A stretch of 64,000 nt of DNA from Craspedostauros australis (lineage: Eukaryota). The stretch is from positions 1 through 64,000 of the forward strand of contig JALAGF010000414.1 in the NCBI GenBank assembly GCA_030167865.1, in the 5' to 3' direction. The notes under the pieces were generated by a model, which saw only the letters and a program-made list of their open reading frames with translations, made no database searches and was not told where the DNA came from. Positions 35,901-48,057 of the stretch are shown here, one piece after another. Each line of letters starts with the position of its first letter. Positions within the stretch are counted from its first letter, which is position 1. Both the position numbers and the translations under genes were made by a program.

Positions 35901-36935
35901 GCAGACGCAGGAGGAGAAGGCGCGAAGAGCGACTTGGACATCCTCGCCGACGTCTTCGCAGCTTCGTCCGCTCAGCCAGCCGCAGGAGCCGGCAGCGGTG
36001 GATACGATCCATTCTCGAATCCTGCACCAGCGGCCGCCGCCGCTGTCAACCCGCTCGATCTGTTCGGTGCGCCCGCCTCACAAGCACCCGCTCCCGCAGT
36101 CAATCCCATGGACTTGTTCGGTGCCAGTGCGGCACCTGCACCTGCTGCCACGAATCCAATGGATCTGTTCGGCGCGGCGGCAACATCCACCACAGCACCA
36201 ACGCAAGTCGACATGTTTGGATCGGCTGGTGCTGGTGTAGCCGCACCACCGGCGGCAGCATCCAACTCGCTGGACATGTTCGGAGCAACTCCTGCTGCTG
36301 CCAGCGCGCCGGCGCCAGCGGTCAGCACGGATCCGTTCGCTGCCATGGTGACACCCGCCCCAGCTGCAGCAGCACCGGCCGCGGCGACAGGTTCCCTGAA
36401 TCCGCTCGATTTGTACGGAGCTCCAGCGCCAGCCGCGCCGACAGCGTTGCTGGATGTGTTCGGTAGCACCCCAGCACAGCCTCAGCAGCAACAGGCAGCG
36501 CCGGTTCCAGTTGCCAACACAATGACCACCCCTGCTGTCAGTGGAGGTGCCTCATCCGAGTCCGTGACTGTACCAGGTTTCACTCACAGCGGCCTGACGG
36601 TTGACTTCGTGTGCACCAAGCCTGACAAATGGAACAGCCAGATCTCAGAACTGGTGGCCACCTGCAAGAACGCTGCTGGCGCACCAATCCACGGTTTCAA
36701 CCTCCAGTGCGCTGTTCCAAAGTACGTCACGAAGGAGATGGAGCCCGCTTCGTCCACGACAATCCCCGTCACCGGCGGGAACAACCCAAAGCTCGTCACG
36801 CAAAAGATCAAGGTTACGAACACGCAGCTGGGATCGAAAAAGCTGATGCTCAAGCTCAAGGTTGGATTCACGCTGAACGGGAACAAGATAGAGCATATGG
36901 CAACGTGCTCCGCGTTCCCACAGGGAACGTACTAA
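32987..36935 (+). CDS. AP1G1: AP-1 complex gamma subunit; exons 32987-33158, 33877-36935
   Basis: [25 protein letters not shown]...[48 protein letters not shown]-terminal gamma-ear (QCAVPK...VTQKIKV). Confidence 0.97.
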
Positions 36936-37254
36936 GGTACTACGTAAGATGTCACACCTCCTCCAACTGGATCAAATAGTTGAACAAGCGATACGCTACA
37001 CATGCCAAGATCTGCCATTGCTGCTGCCTGCCGCTGTCATTGTCGTTATTGTTTGCTGTTGGGGTAGATCGTAGAACATGGGTAATACTCCTTGTGATAC
37101 GGTTGAGTAGCTTTGTTTTTAGTTATTGTTTTGTGATGTTTTAGCATTCTGTGTTATCAGAACGGTGATGTTGCAGACGCCATTGGCACACGGAGTGTGT
37201 GCAGCCTTACGTGCATCGCAATGTGAGGACGACCAGAAGATGTTTCTGCTTGCA

Positions 37255-38385
37255 CTACGAACTCTTCTTGATGCCCTTCACGATGTACATGGGATCCGAC
37301 CGTCCTGGATTGGGTGAGATGTCGGTGCAGGAGGGTGGTTCGAACAATCCTGAGTAGTGATAGAAAGATCCCACGATAAAGATGTGCTCGAGATCATTGG
37401 TCTGAAGCCAGATTTGGAACGCCTTTGTCGGGAAGCAGCGGTTGCTCATGGAGATGTAGCACACGCCACCTGGACGCAGGACGCGACCGATCTCCTCGAA
37501 GATCTGTTTTGGCTTATTGAGGTAATCGATGGAGACGACGCACGTGACGACGTCGAAGGAGTTGTCTTCGAGCGGGAAGACGGGATCCTCGTTGAGGTCC
37601 TTGACGACGTAATCCGTGAGCTGCGGGTTCTGGCTCAGCTCGTAGTCGTTCATGCCGAGACCGACGACCTTGCCGCCCTTGAAGTCCTTCGGGTAGTGCG
37701 ACACCCAGGAGCTGCAAATGTCCAGGACATCCTGGCCTTCTTTGAAGTTTTCGGAATAGAACTTGGTGAGGGCGGCGACCGCGGAGTCATCGATGTGATA
37801 GACCAGCCGTGGGCTGTCATAGAAGATTCTGTTTGTGCATTGCGCATTTGGTGATTCATCAGTTCATGGATGAGTGAGGACCGTCGGGAGAAGTAGGGTA
37901 GAGTGATGTGTCGAGCATGAAGATTGATGCAAATAGTTGATGAGATGTATTAGAGTATGAATATATGTGGGCATGAAGCATTGTGCGCAAGGGGCAGCCC
38001 CCTGCTTCTCCACTCTCTTGCCATCTTCCTCTTGTGCACCAGCCAACCACACGACGTTCCGATGGTACGGGTGCTCTGGTATCGCATTGTGCCGCATTGT
38101 GTGACATGGCATGAAAGGATATGAGTAGGCCACAATACACAAAACAACAGGAAATACGCACCCATCATCGGATTCATCCATTCGGGTGAAGTCTGTATCT
38201 GTGTAGGGCCATTCGGCAGGCCACTTCGGTGCCTGCAGCACCTTCTCCGCTGTGTTCTTCAACGCGACTGGGTATCGGGAACCGGCTACCCTGCGGGAGG
38301 GAAGGAACGCCACGGTGGACATGAAGGCGCATGTGATCACTAGCAACGCCAGCAACGTCGATAGGAGGCTTTGTCGGGTCGTCAT
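37255..38385 (-). CDS. SAM-dependent methyltransferase (Methyltransf_11-like), probably plastid-targeted; exons 38385-38162, 37828-37255
   Basis: FTRMDESDDG|IFYDSPRLVYHIDD...VLDICSSWVSHYP...SFDVVTCVVSIDYL...SNRCFPTKA; signal peptide followed by VAF-LP (ASAF-type). Confidence 0.9.
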
Positions 38386-39053
38386 GGTACGTTGTACGTT
38401 GTATGTAGTACGTAGTGTGTTGGTATTCGGTGGGAGAGAGTGCGAGTAAGAAGTGTGCTTGCGTTGTGGGTGTCATTGACGATCAACGATCAGCTTGCCA
38501 TTGCGTGGATTGTGGAGATGTTGGGCATTGGCATGTTGCCTCGTTTTGTTGGCGTTGCTGTTGGCGGAACGCTGATCTCTGGATCTTTGGAGGGAAATGT
38601 GTGATGTGGACTGACGTGTTTTGTGGAGAATCAAGTCACCACTGGAAGCCCAGCTTTGGATCTTACCTTGGCGTCGGTGTCGTAGCTCGTACTCGTACTC
38701 GTACTCGTGCCATCCGAGCCACGAGTATGCCCAACTCCCAAGGGAGGCACCATCCAGAGCTCATAACGTAATCGCAGTGTCCTAGCATAATATATAAGGT
38801 CTTGTTCCTAATCCATGGAGTACTTGTCATAAAAGTTCAGTCAAAGTGATGTTCCATCATCGTAGGTAGCAACAAGCGAAGGGAGGAACGAAGATCTCGA
38901 AACTTGCACAGTCAAGATGACTTGCTGGACGCACTGCTATTAGTAGGATCTGAATAAAAGAATGCTTGCGACTGGGTGATGCAAGCACGGAGCCCAGATC
39001 TCATGATCCTCCCAATAGAGAAAGTCCCATCATAATCACTCATCCGTTGTCGT

Positions 39054-40093
39054 TCATCGGTTTGAATCTGGAACCACCAACGCGCTTATCTCAGGCCTGC
39101 AGGATTCCACATCGATGAGCTGCCATCTCAATTCACGAGTGATTTCATGTATTTGGCATATCACATGCAACAGCGCAACCGTATTGTGGCACACCAACGC
39201 AGTTGTTGAATGGATAGTCATGTGTGGTGAACATCACAGAGGTAGCAAGAGTTCGTCGAGTTATGAGGAGAAAGTGAGTGAGTGGCTGAATGATGAACGA
39301 TCGCAGCTTTCGAACAAGCTTGCCTCCCAAGAAGAGCAAGCACACAAGTATGTGTGCATGTATCCACAGCGGCCAGCACACTCACCGTCGCCAGGAAGAA
39401 GTCATGATGCGACAATCCTTCCAACACCCTCGTATGACATCGGATCGTCGTCCGCACCTGCCACACCTTCTGCCGCGGAACGATAACGCGTTCCAAGTGA
39501 ATCGAAGGGAAGTGATCATTCATCTGCGCCACGGCCGCCATCTCCTTGGCGAACGCTGCACCCGACAGATAGTCAGGATGCACGAACGTGCGCATGATGG
39601 CGACTTCGTCCGTGTCGAGCTCCCATGCCGCATCCAACGTCAGGAGGAGTTCGCGGGCGCGTGCTGCGTCCAGCGGCTTGCCATCCTGGCCGTACGGATC
39701 GCACTTTTGGTTGGGTCTGCGTGCGAATGGATCGGGACGTGTGGGAGTGGGTTTGGCAGCGTCGTCGCTGAGGTTGCGGCGTTGCGCGTCACGATTGCGC
39801 AGGTGCGGTTTATTGCGCTCGGGTTGGAACCTTCCAATCATGTGGAAAGATGAATGCGATCGTCGCACAGCATTGGCGTTGCTGAGATCTCTACCACCAC
39901 TGTCACAACCAACCATTGTCTTGGGAGCAGCGCCAGCGTGGATCGAATGGCGGAGAAATGCTTCCGCGGTGATCCACGCTCGTTGCCTGCCAAGATGGAA
40001 TCGTGTGACTTGCGAGCCTGTGGCTGGTCCATCGACAGCAGCGCCGAGGTGAGCGCAACGTCGCATGACGCTGTGGTTGGAGAATGCTCTCAT
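39054..40093 (-). CDS. Pterin-4a-carbinolamine dehydratase-like protein with N-terminal extension; exons 40093-39386, 39119-39054
   Basis: W.L...IMRTFVHPDYLSGAAF...AQMNDHFP...CHTRVLEGLSHHDFFLAT|LIDVE; Arg/Ser-rich N-terminus; start codon uncertain. Confidence 0.75.
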
Positions 40094-40288
40094 CGTTGAT
40101 GCAGATGGTTCCTGATACCTGTTCCCTGATGTCTGGTCTGTGTGTGAGAATGTAAGGCAGGTACACACGAATATGTGCAGACACGCGCGGTGGATTGGTT
40201 CGTTACCGCGATGAAACGCAGTGTTGTTGTGTCGTCCGTCCATTTGCAAACTAGTTAAACCAAAATATCGCCAGATTACGAAACAACA

Positions 40289-40361
40289 ACCCGGTTAGCT
40301 CAGTCGGCAGAGCGCTCGGCTTTTAACCGTGTGGTCGTGGGTTCGATCCCCACATCGGGTG
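40289..40361 (+). tRNA. tRNA-Lys(TTT)
   Basis: Acceptor stem ACCCGGT/ATCGGGT, A box TAGCTCAGTCGG, anticodon loop CTTTTAA, B box GGTTCGATCC, downstream T-run. Confidence 0.93.
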
Positions 40362-41153
40362 CTATATTTTTGGAAGCCACTGTTGCGACGTCCCAAGCAG
40401 CTATCGTCACTGTCGCTTTCCCTTTTGCTTGTCTCCAAACGATGTCTCTCTCTCTCGTTTGCATCCTGATCGATCCTCCGGGCGACGTTGTCTCCTTCTT
40501 CTTCGACCCACGCCTCGTTCGCATGGCCGGGACGTTGCTGGAGAGTGCGGTTTCTTTGCGTGTTGGAAGACTTCTTTTCTGTCTTCCCGTGGAATTCTGG
40601 AAGATGGAGGCCTCATCGCCGAAGAGCATCGACCGTGGTGCTCGAAGTAGGTGTTGCATCCTTTGAGGTTCCTGCCTCGCTGGTGAAGTGAGATCGCGAA
40701 TGTTCCTGTTGGTACTCTTGCTCTCCACTCTGTCTCAGTATCTCTTCGCAGGCTGTTCCAACAAGAGTGTTGTCCATTCCAACAATGTTGTTCTTGCAAC
40801 AATGCGACGAAGGCAACAACCACCAAAACATCAAACGTCAGGCCAATCTAAGGAGTTGCGCAATAATTTATATCCAGCAGTTTCTTGTCACGAATTGCAC
40901 AAGCACAGCTGAATCGTGGGGTCCAAATGACCGAAACTCACAACGATCGCCACGATTCCCATTCGCGACCTTCATCCAGATTGATCCGTTGGTTCTTTGT
41001 GTTGATCATACATCGTATTCTGCATCTGCTCACTCTCTCCACATACCACCATTCTGCTATTGTTCAAGTGAAGATCGTTCCTCGCCACATCCCTTTCCTT
41101 CTATTCCATCCAATTGACCTCCCACTGCTCAAGCGATCTGCAGTGGTACCATC

Positions 41154-42824
41154 ATGTCTTCCGAAGCCACGCCATCGACGACGGTGGCTGCTGCAGCCGC
41201 AAGGCACCTGTCAACCATGGAAAAGATCGCACGGTTCTTCCTCTTTGGTGCGCTGGGATCGATGGCGTTGAACATCCTCTACGTCGTCTCCATGCACAAT
41301 CAGCACGATCCCATGGAAACCTTCATCGATCGGCACGTGCACAGCAACATCGCATCGAGACTGCAGTCGCAGGCCGTGGCAAAAGGCGACCCCGATGCTC
41401 TGTTGGATTGCAGTGTCCATGGGGGACCGTACACTGAGAAGGAGGTCATGGACGTGGTGTACTGGAAGGACATCCCTTCCGACAGCAAGTACGTGTCGCC
41501 ATTTTACGATCCCAACACCGTGCGGTACCTTTCGTTCGAACCAGACGGCGGCGGATGGAACAACATCCGCATGAGCATGGAGACCGTGCTGGCGATTGCT
41601 GTGGCGACCGGCAGGACGCTCGTGCTGCCACCGAGCCAGAAGATGTATCTCCTGCACGGCAAGACTTTCTCCTTCGCGGATTTCTTTCCCTTGCAGGAGA
41701 TCGCCGCGGAGCACGAAGGATTGGAGATCCTGACGATGGAGCAGTTCCTCCTTCGGACGTCGGGGCAGTGGCGCGACAAGGAAACTGGCGAGATCAGCCT
41801 TCCGCCGGGAAATCGCACCAGCTGGGATGGCGCCACGGGAAAGGTCAACTACAAGCTCAATCCTTGGTTGCAATCAATATCTATGCATCCCGAGTGGGAC
41901 AATCGCAAATGCCTGGCAGCGTTTCCAGCGTCGACGGATCCGGAGGATGAAGCCAAGCTGGAGGCCATTCTAGAGGAAGCGCTCGTCGGGTCACCGACGT
42001 ACAAGGACTTCATCGGCAAGCCGCATGATGTGGACGCACCGCCAGCAGAGCGTCTGGCGGAGTCATTGGCGGAGCGCAGCAAGCTCTGCATATACAACCG
42101 GGAGATGCAGGAGGCGCCGCTGATCCATTTCAGCGGCAAGCGCAGCATGCCAGGTGGTCGGCTGCTCGTCCATTTCTACGCGTTTCTCTACTTCCAAGAC
42201 TGGAAGCAGGACTTGTGGATGAAGCGCTTCGTCAGAGACCATGTGCGATACATTGATGTCGTGCAATGCGCCGCGGCGCGCGTTCTGTCGGAGGTGCGGA
42301 AACGAGCCAAGGATGGCATCTTCGACGCCTTCCACATCCGCCGTGGTGACTTCCAGTACAAAAAGACGAGGATCAGCGCGCAAGAGATATACGACATATC
42401 GAAAGAAGAGATCCCGCAGGACACCACGGTGTACGTCGGCACGGACGAACGCGACAAGAAATTCTTCAATGACATGGCGTGGCGCTACGACCTCCTCTTC
42501 CTCGACGACTTCAAGGACGCCCTGGGCGACGTCGATAAGAACTACTACGGCATGATCGATCAGATCGTCACGAGCCGCTCGCGAACCTTCTTTGGATGCT
42601 GGTTCTCCACGTTCACGGGATACATCACCCGCATGCGTGGTTACCACGCCGTCGGTAGAGACGATGGCATCACCGACAGCTACTATTATGCATTGGCGCA
42701 GAACAAGTACGCGATGCGAGAATTCTACCCAGTCAAGCAGGCATTCTACTCTCGGGAATTCCCAGCATCTTGGAGGATGCTCGATTACGATGTGAAGGAT
42801 GATATCAAAAAGCAATCGAAATAG
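41154..42824 (+). CDS. GDP-fucose protein O-fucosyltransferase family (type II membrane)
   Basis: N-terminal TM segment; FEPDGGGWNNIRMSME, GRTLVLPP, HIRRGDFQY, YVGTDE, GMIDQIV..SRTFFG.WFSTFTGYI. Confidence 0.9.
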   Translation: MSSEATPSTTVAAAAARHLSTMEKIARFFLFGALGSMALNILYVVSMHNQHDPMETFIDRHVHSNIASRLQSQAVAKGDPDALLDCSVHGGPYTEKEVMDVVYWKDIPSDSKYVSPFYDPNTVRYLSFEPDGGGWNNIRMSMETVLAIAVATGRTLVLPPSQKMYLLHGKTFSFADFFPLQEIAAEHEGLEILTMEQFLLRTSGQWRDKETGEISLPPGNRTSWDGATGKVNYKLNPWLQSISMHPEWDNRKCLAAFPASTDPEDEAKLEAILEEALVGSPTYKDFIGKPHDVDAPPAERLAESLAERSKLCIYNREMQEAPLIHFSGKRSMPGGRLLVHFYAFLYFQDWKQDLWMKRFVRDHVRYIDVVQCAAARVLSEVRKRAKDGIFDAFHIRRGDFQYKKTRISAQEIYDISKEEIPQDTTVYVGTDERDKKFFNDMAWRYDLLFLDDFKDALGDVDKNYYGMIDQIVTSRSRTFFGCWFSTFTGYITRMRGYHAVGRDDGITDSYYYALAQNKYAMREFYPVKQAFYSREFPASWRMLDYDVKDDIKKQSK

Positions 42825-43336
42825 CTACGATAATACTATTGTATTATGTAATATGTCAGTCTGCTGGCTCTGGATGTCGTTATGCTCACATACCTGCGTT
42901 GGTGTCATGGAATGAACCAAATATAATAATGGGTGCAATTCTTGTTCTGTGCCAGTGTAGAGGAGGAGAAGCACGAGGTTGGAGAGAGTGGCGACTCTCT
43001 TGTTTGTGTCGAGTACACGAATCACGGATGCAATTCGAATCACGAAGAGGTTCTGATCGAGGTTGCGTTCGTTGCGTTCGTTGTGTTTGGTCCACCTCTT
43101 CCCCATTCTGCCGCGTCTCTCCACCATTCACATCACTGCACCCTTGTACATATACTTGCAAAGTGCATTGCATTGCATGGTGCCTGCCCATGAGGCTATC
43201 GTAATTTTATGCGTTGAGCGTCCTTGTATTGCATTGAAGGCTGGGTTCATTGCAATACGAGTGAGGGGATTCGTTCTCGCATCGTAACGACCAACGTGAC
43301 AGCTACTCGTAATCTGAATTCGACCAACTGCCGACG

Positions 43337-44707
43337 ATGGTGGCTGGACCCAGAGCAACGCGCAGACGGCCAGCATATGATTCTTCCTGCGATACGCAAA
43401 GCAATGACAACCAGGGCGAGAAATCGATTCCTTCATCCGAGAGAAGCAAGGCATGGTTCATCATCCCATCACTCTCCAGCTTGCATTTGGCTCTTGAACG
43501 AAATTGCGTGATAAAGTTCATGTTTGGCGTCGCGGCTATTGCTGCGCTTGGCGTCATGGTCGTATCCAACAATGCTGGTGGATGGCAGACACAGCCATAC
43601 TTGCGCGACAGCGATAGAAATAGCAATAGCATCAATGGCGGCAGAGACGGTGTGATGAGGAAAGCATCACCATCATTATCATCTTCGATACCTCCAGGTC
43701 ATGCACCAACACTGGGTGCCAATTCAAATGGCTCAATTCCCAATCCACCGGCCATCGAACGCGCTACGAACATTCACGCGCAAAGTAATGCTGCGTCAAG
43801 CACATTCCAACACGTGCCTTCGCCCAACGGCAACAACAACAATCGACCGCCTCGAACGAATCAACAGACTCCCAAAGTGCAAGGCAACAACAAGGATTGG
43901 AAATGGTTCGATGGAGATCTGAACGAGTACTACAATTCATTGGAGAAGGACATCCAACGCGACCCGAACAAGGTGGATAGCTACGCGGTGCACAGGTGGA
44001 TGGGACCAAAGCGAAGCACGCAAGAACAATACAACATATTGAATGAGGCGTTTGCACGGTACATGCCCGTGCAGTCCCATCTGAAGGTGCTGGATGGTGG
44101 ATGCGGGCTGGGCGCCGGCCTCATGTGGATGGAGGAACATCACCCGCATTGGGATCTGAGGGGGTACACCATCTCCGAGGAGCAGCATAGGTTCATCGAA
44201 ACAAAGCTGCCCCAGCACAAATTCAAAACCAATCTGCGATCCTTCAACGAACTGGAAGCGGGAAGCCAGTATGACATCATATTCAGCATCGAGGCGTTCA
44301 TCCATTCCACCAACATATCTCAAACCATCCAGCAATGGTCCGACCATCTGAATCCGGGCGGCATCATCTGCATCATCGACGATTTTGTCGCGTCCGACAT
44401 CACGGACAAGACTGATGCGGGCATGCAGGAGTTTGCAAAGTCATGGCTCGCTAACTCCTTGTTCACGCCATCCGATCTGCGCTCCGTGGGACAGAAATTC
44501 GGATTGGAGGTCGCCGAGAATCGTGATCTGACGAAGGAATACCGCATCATCGAACTGAACTATCGCAATCAGAAACCCAACATCCACCCGTTCGGCGGTC
44601 GCACGCACCAAGGGTGGATGGGATCGAAGTGGCGGCAGAGGTTGACAGTGGAAGGCAAGCTCACGTACAATCTGATGGTGCTGCAAAAGGCTGCCGCGGA
44701 TGCATGA
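43337..44707 (+). CDS. Class I SAM-dependent methyltransferase with N-terminal hydrophobic anchor (alternative start 43520)
   Basis: VLDGGCGLG, GYTISEEQ, YDIIFSIEAFIH, LNPGGIICIIDD; hydrophobic FGVAAIAALGVMVV. Confidence 0.87.
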   Translation: MVAGPRATRRRPAYDSSCDTQSNDNQGEKSIPSSERSKAWFIIPSLSSLHLALERNCVIKFMFGVAAIAALGVMVVSNNAGGWQTQPYLRDSDRNSNSINGGRDGVMRKASPSLSSSIPPGHAPTLGANSNGSIPNPPAIERATNIHAQSNAASSTFQHVPSPNGNNNNRPPRTNQQTPKVQGNNKDWKWFDGDLNEYYNSLEKDIQRDPNKVDSYAVHRWMGPKRSTQEQYNILNEAFARYMPVQSHLKVLDGGCGLGAGLMWMEEHHPHWDLRGYTISEEQHRFIETKLPQHKFKTNLRSFNELEAGSQYDIIFSIEAFIHSTNISQTIQQWSDHLNPGGIICIIDDFVASDITDKTDAGMQEFAKSWLANSLFTPSDLRSVGQKFGLEVAENRDLTKEYRIIELNYRNQKPNIHPFGGRTHQGWMGSKWRQRLTVEGKLTYNLMVLQKAAADA

Positions 44708-45166
44708 AGGTCGCGTCTTCCCCAGAGAGAGAGAGAGAGAGGCGGGTTTTGAAGCGTGACACTGTTGCACTTGGTATGTACTAATACGAGCGGTTTTCAG
44801 CCAGAGACTATGCGGAACGGAATTTGAGATTGATCCACCCGATCCATCCTCGTCATTTAGTCCGTTGAATCGATCTACTGTTTTAGTCCCGCAGAACCGA
44901 AACGCCAATGACTGAAATCGAAAAAGACCCAACAGCCCAACACAAACAAACAACAAGATCGAACGCGCGTGGTTTCGTGTGTGCCGAGAACGCAATGATC
45001 GCGCACAACGCAACAACACCAAACAAGACAGCAAGAAACACAACGACAACAACAGAGAAGCAAAGACACAGAGTCACAGCAAAGACCCACACCGCAGCAA
45101 CGCAGGCATCAAGAAGAACACAAAGGCAACAACAACGACAACCATTCGATCCGGATTACCTTCACC

Positions 45167-46318
45167 ATGTCGGAACCAGATGAGCTTTACACCCTTCGTG
45201 CCCAGTTCTGGCTGGGGCACTACGGCATGGCGCTTGAGGAAGCCAAGGCCGTCATGCGATGTCCGATGAGCCCGGCGTTGAAGAGCGAACGTGAGGAACT
45301 TGCTCTGCGGTGCCAGCTGGGGTCTGGGCAAAATGACAAGGTCATCGCAGCTGCCCAATCTTCCGCATCCCCAGGTGAGTCCAGCCGACGTCCCTCACAT
45401 TTCCCCCCTCCTATTCGCATGACCCAAACGACCCGTCTAGGATCCTCGTACCAAATGGAGATTGATCTCAACCCGCAATTTTCTCGCATTCACCCCACTC
45501 TCACTTTTCTTCCTCTGGATTGCATCCCTTCCATCTCCACTGTCACTTCATTCTGTGCTAACTCCACATACCGAACGTGTATGGCACCAATACAAAATGC
45601 GCATCTATCTGGTGAAACGATGATAAAATGATGTGGATTCGCAGCCATCCGCGCCTTGGGACTCAGAGCCCAGTTCGACATGATGGATGAGGCAGGAAAG
45701 CAGGGCTTGGTCCCGCAGCTTCACACGATGTTGGGCGATGGCGTCACCCCATCCGTGCAGCTGACAGCCGCCCACGTCTTCCTGGCCAGCGGCATGAAGA
45801 AGGAGGCCTTGCAGTGCGTTCATGAGGGACAGACCATGGAGCACAAGTGCCTTGCGTTGCAGATCTACCTCCAGATAGACAGACTCGACTTGGCACAGAG
45901 CGAGCTCGCCACCATGAAGCGAATGGACGAAGATTCTGTCCTGTCGCAACTGGGCAGCGTTTACATCGCTCTGGCGACCGGATCCAGCATGGCCAAGGAG
46001 GCAGTGCACACCCTCAATCAGCTGTCGGAGCAATACGGACCATCCACCTTCCTGCTCAACCTCATGTCGTGCGCCTACATGTCCGGCGAGATGTACGAGG
46101 CCGCCTTCCAGCAACTCGAACAGGCGCGCACCGACTTTGTCGCCGACAGCGATACCTTGGCCAACATGATCGTCTGCTCGCAGCATCTCGGAAAGCCAGT
46201 CGCACCACTCATCCAGCAACTCAAGACACAGTACCCATCTCACTTCATGGTCAAGGGTCTGGAGATGGTGGAAGGTGCTTTTGAACGTGAAGCCATTAAG
46301 TACAAGGTGACGGCTTAG
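45167..46318 (+). CDS. COPE: Coatomer epsilon subunit; exons 45167-45374, 45645-46318
   Basis: MSEPDELYTLRAQFWLGHY; LQIYLQIDRLDLAQ...DEDSVLSQL; DTLANMIV; HFMVK...AFER. Confidence 0.92.
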
Positions 46319-48057
46319 AGAGGGAAACGTGCAAGATGATAACGATAGAGAAGGAAGAATGGAGAAAGGATTGGGTGAAACTGATCGGCGTGATAATGCA
46401 TTCCACATAGTACCATCGCCAATACTATTGGCACACAAACTGAGCCAAGCCAAGATCCAAACCAGCCAAGCCCCCAATCAACCTCCCAGCCTCTTCCCCA
46501 CAAGGATACAAAGCTGTTTGTCAATGGACTGGTTATACGAGCTGGAATGGGACTCTAGATGAGATTGTGCCTCTTGTTGTTGCTTCCGTCTCCTTCTGCT
46601 CTTGGGTATCGCTCCGTCCACTTGTGCCTCGACTCTGTTGCCCAACATACAAATCGAGTGGAGTACATCTCTCTCCAGACGCCTCTGGCACCTGTTCACC
46701 TGGCAAGGAAGGCGCCCCAGATATCTGCCGTGCTGCTGAGATACGCCACCACCTCCTTGCGACGTTTAGTGCTCGTGTTTAGATACATTCGAGTCAGTTG
46801 GCGGTGTTCTGCAAGTTTGTGGTTCGTCTGCGACAGATTCCTGCGACCTCCGCCAATTCCCACCGACAATCTTGGAAGCGGCTTCCTGTGAACGCCCACC
46901 CCAATTGTCCAGGCATGATCAATGGCCGCCATTCTGCTCTCTGGGAGCGACTCCATGACGGACAAGTGTCTCAACCTCGCACCCAAAGAAGTCTCCGCCT
47001 CTCTGGTCACCCCTGTGGACCGTCGTCCAAGACCCGTCCACCTCACGATCACTCCTCGAACTGATGTAACAGTTGGCTTCGTGTTCCGAAAGCGGCGAAC
47101 TTACCTGTCACGCCACATAACACCTATGGAGCGTACCATGGATCGTACCACACATCCAGGCAGCGGCTACTGATACCGCCGTGCAGGATTGTGGGGGAGC
47201 CCGCGCTGCTCTGACATTTTTTGCGGTACCATATCTTGTCTTGTTTTGTATCTGGAGTTTCTGGGTGCGCCTGGGTGAATCAGTCTTTTGAGAAACTGTC
47301 CCGAAAAGGTCATCCGGAGGGGTGAAGCATCTCCCTTTGCAGTTTTATTTGTCGCGACCAGTGTCTCGTGACCGGATTCTGGAGACGCCGCAACCTCTCG
47401 TGTCAGAGTGGGACAGTCATCGCAACAATTGATGCGCCCTGGCCAAGGATGGAAGGACTGTCATTGGCGAGAGCTCGAATGGCGCCGCGGCTTCGAATAA
47501 ATGTATGAACTTTCATTTCCTCTCCACCTTTCTCCCCTCACATGAACACACGCAAACGATAGCTTGCGGAGCCCAATCCACAGGCGGTGCGAGCACATGA
47601 TGCGCACCTGTACTCTCACGAGCCAGAGCGCACCATCTTTCAGGTGAAGACGCACATGCTGCACAGGGACAAGAGAGGGCCGAGGCTCAAGGGGAAAAGA
47701 GAGCCGTCGACTGGAACAAGGCAAGACGCGAAACATGGGAGAGGTCGACCCCAGACCGAAACGAAAGATCGGCCAGGGGGGTGTACGCCACATCGACTTT
47801 AATTCAGCTTCGCCTCTTGTCAACGCGCACGTTGGCAGATGGGCATGATTTCCTAGTCGCACGTGGAACCCACGACGCTGACCTGCCATCACAAAATGAA
47901 CAGTTCATCAGCGCCACAATTCAATCTCACAAGAAATCTGACGATCAACCCGCCAAGTGACACCGACACCGCCAACAGCAAGCATATCTCACAAACACCA
48001 CCAACGTAAGACAGCATTATCCTCGTATTGTATTATAGAATAGGATACTGATATAAT

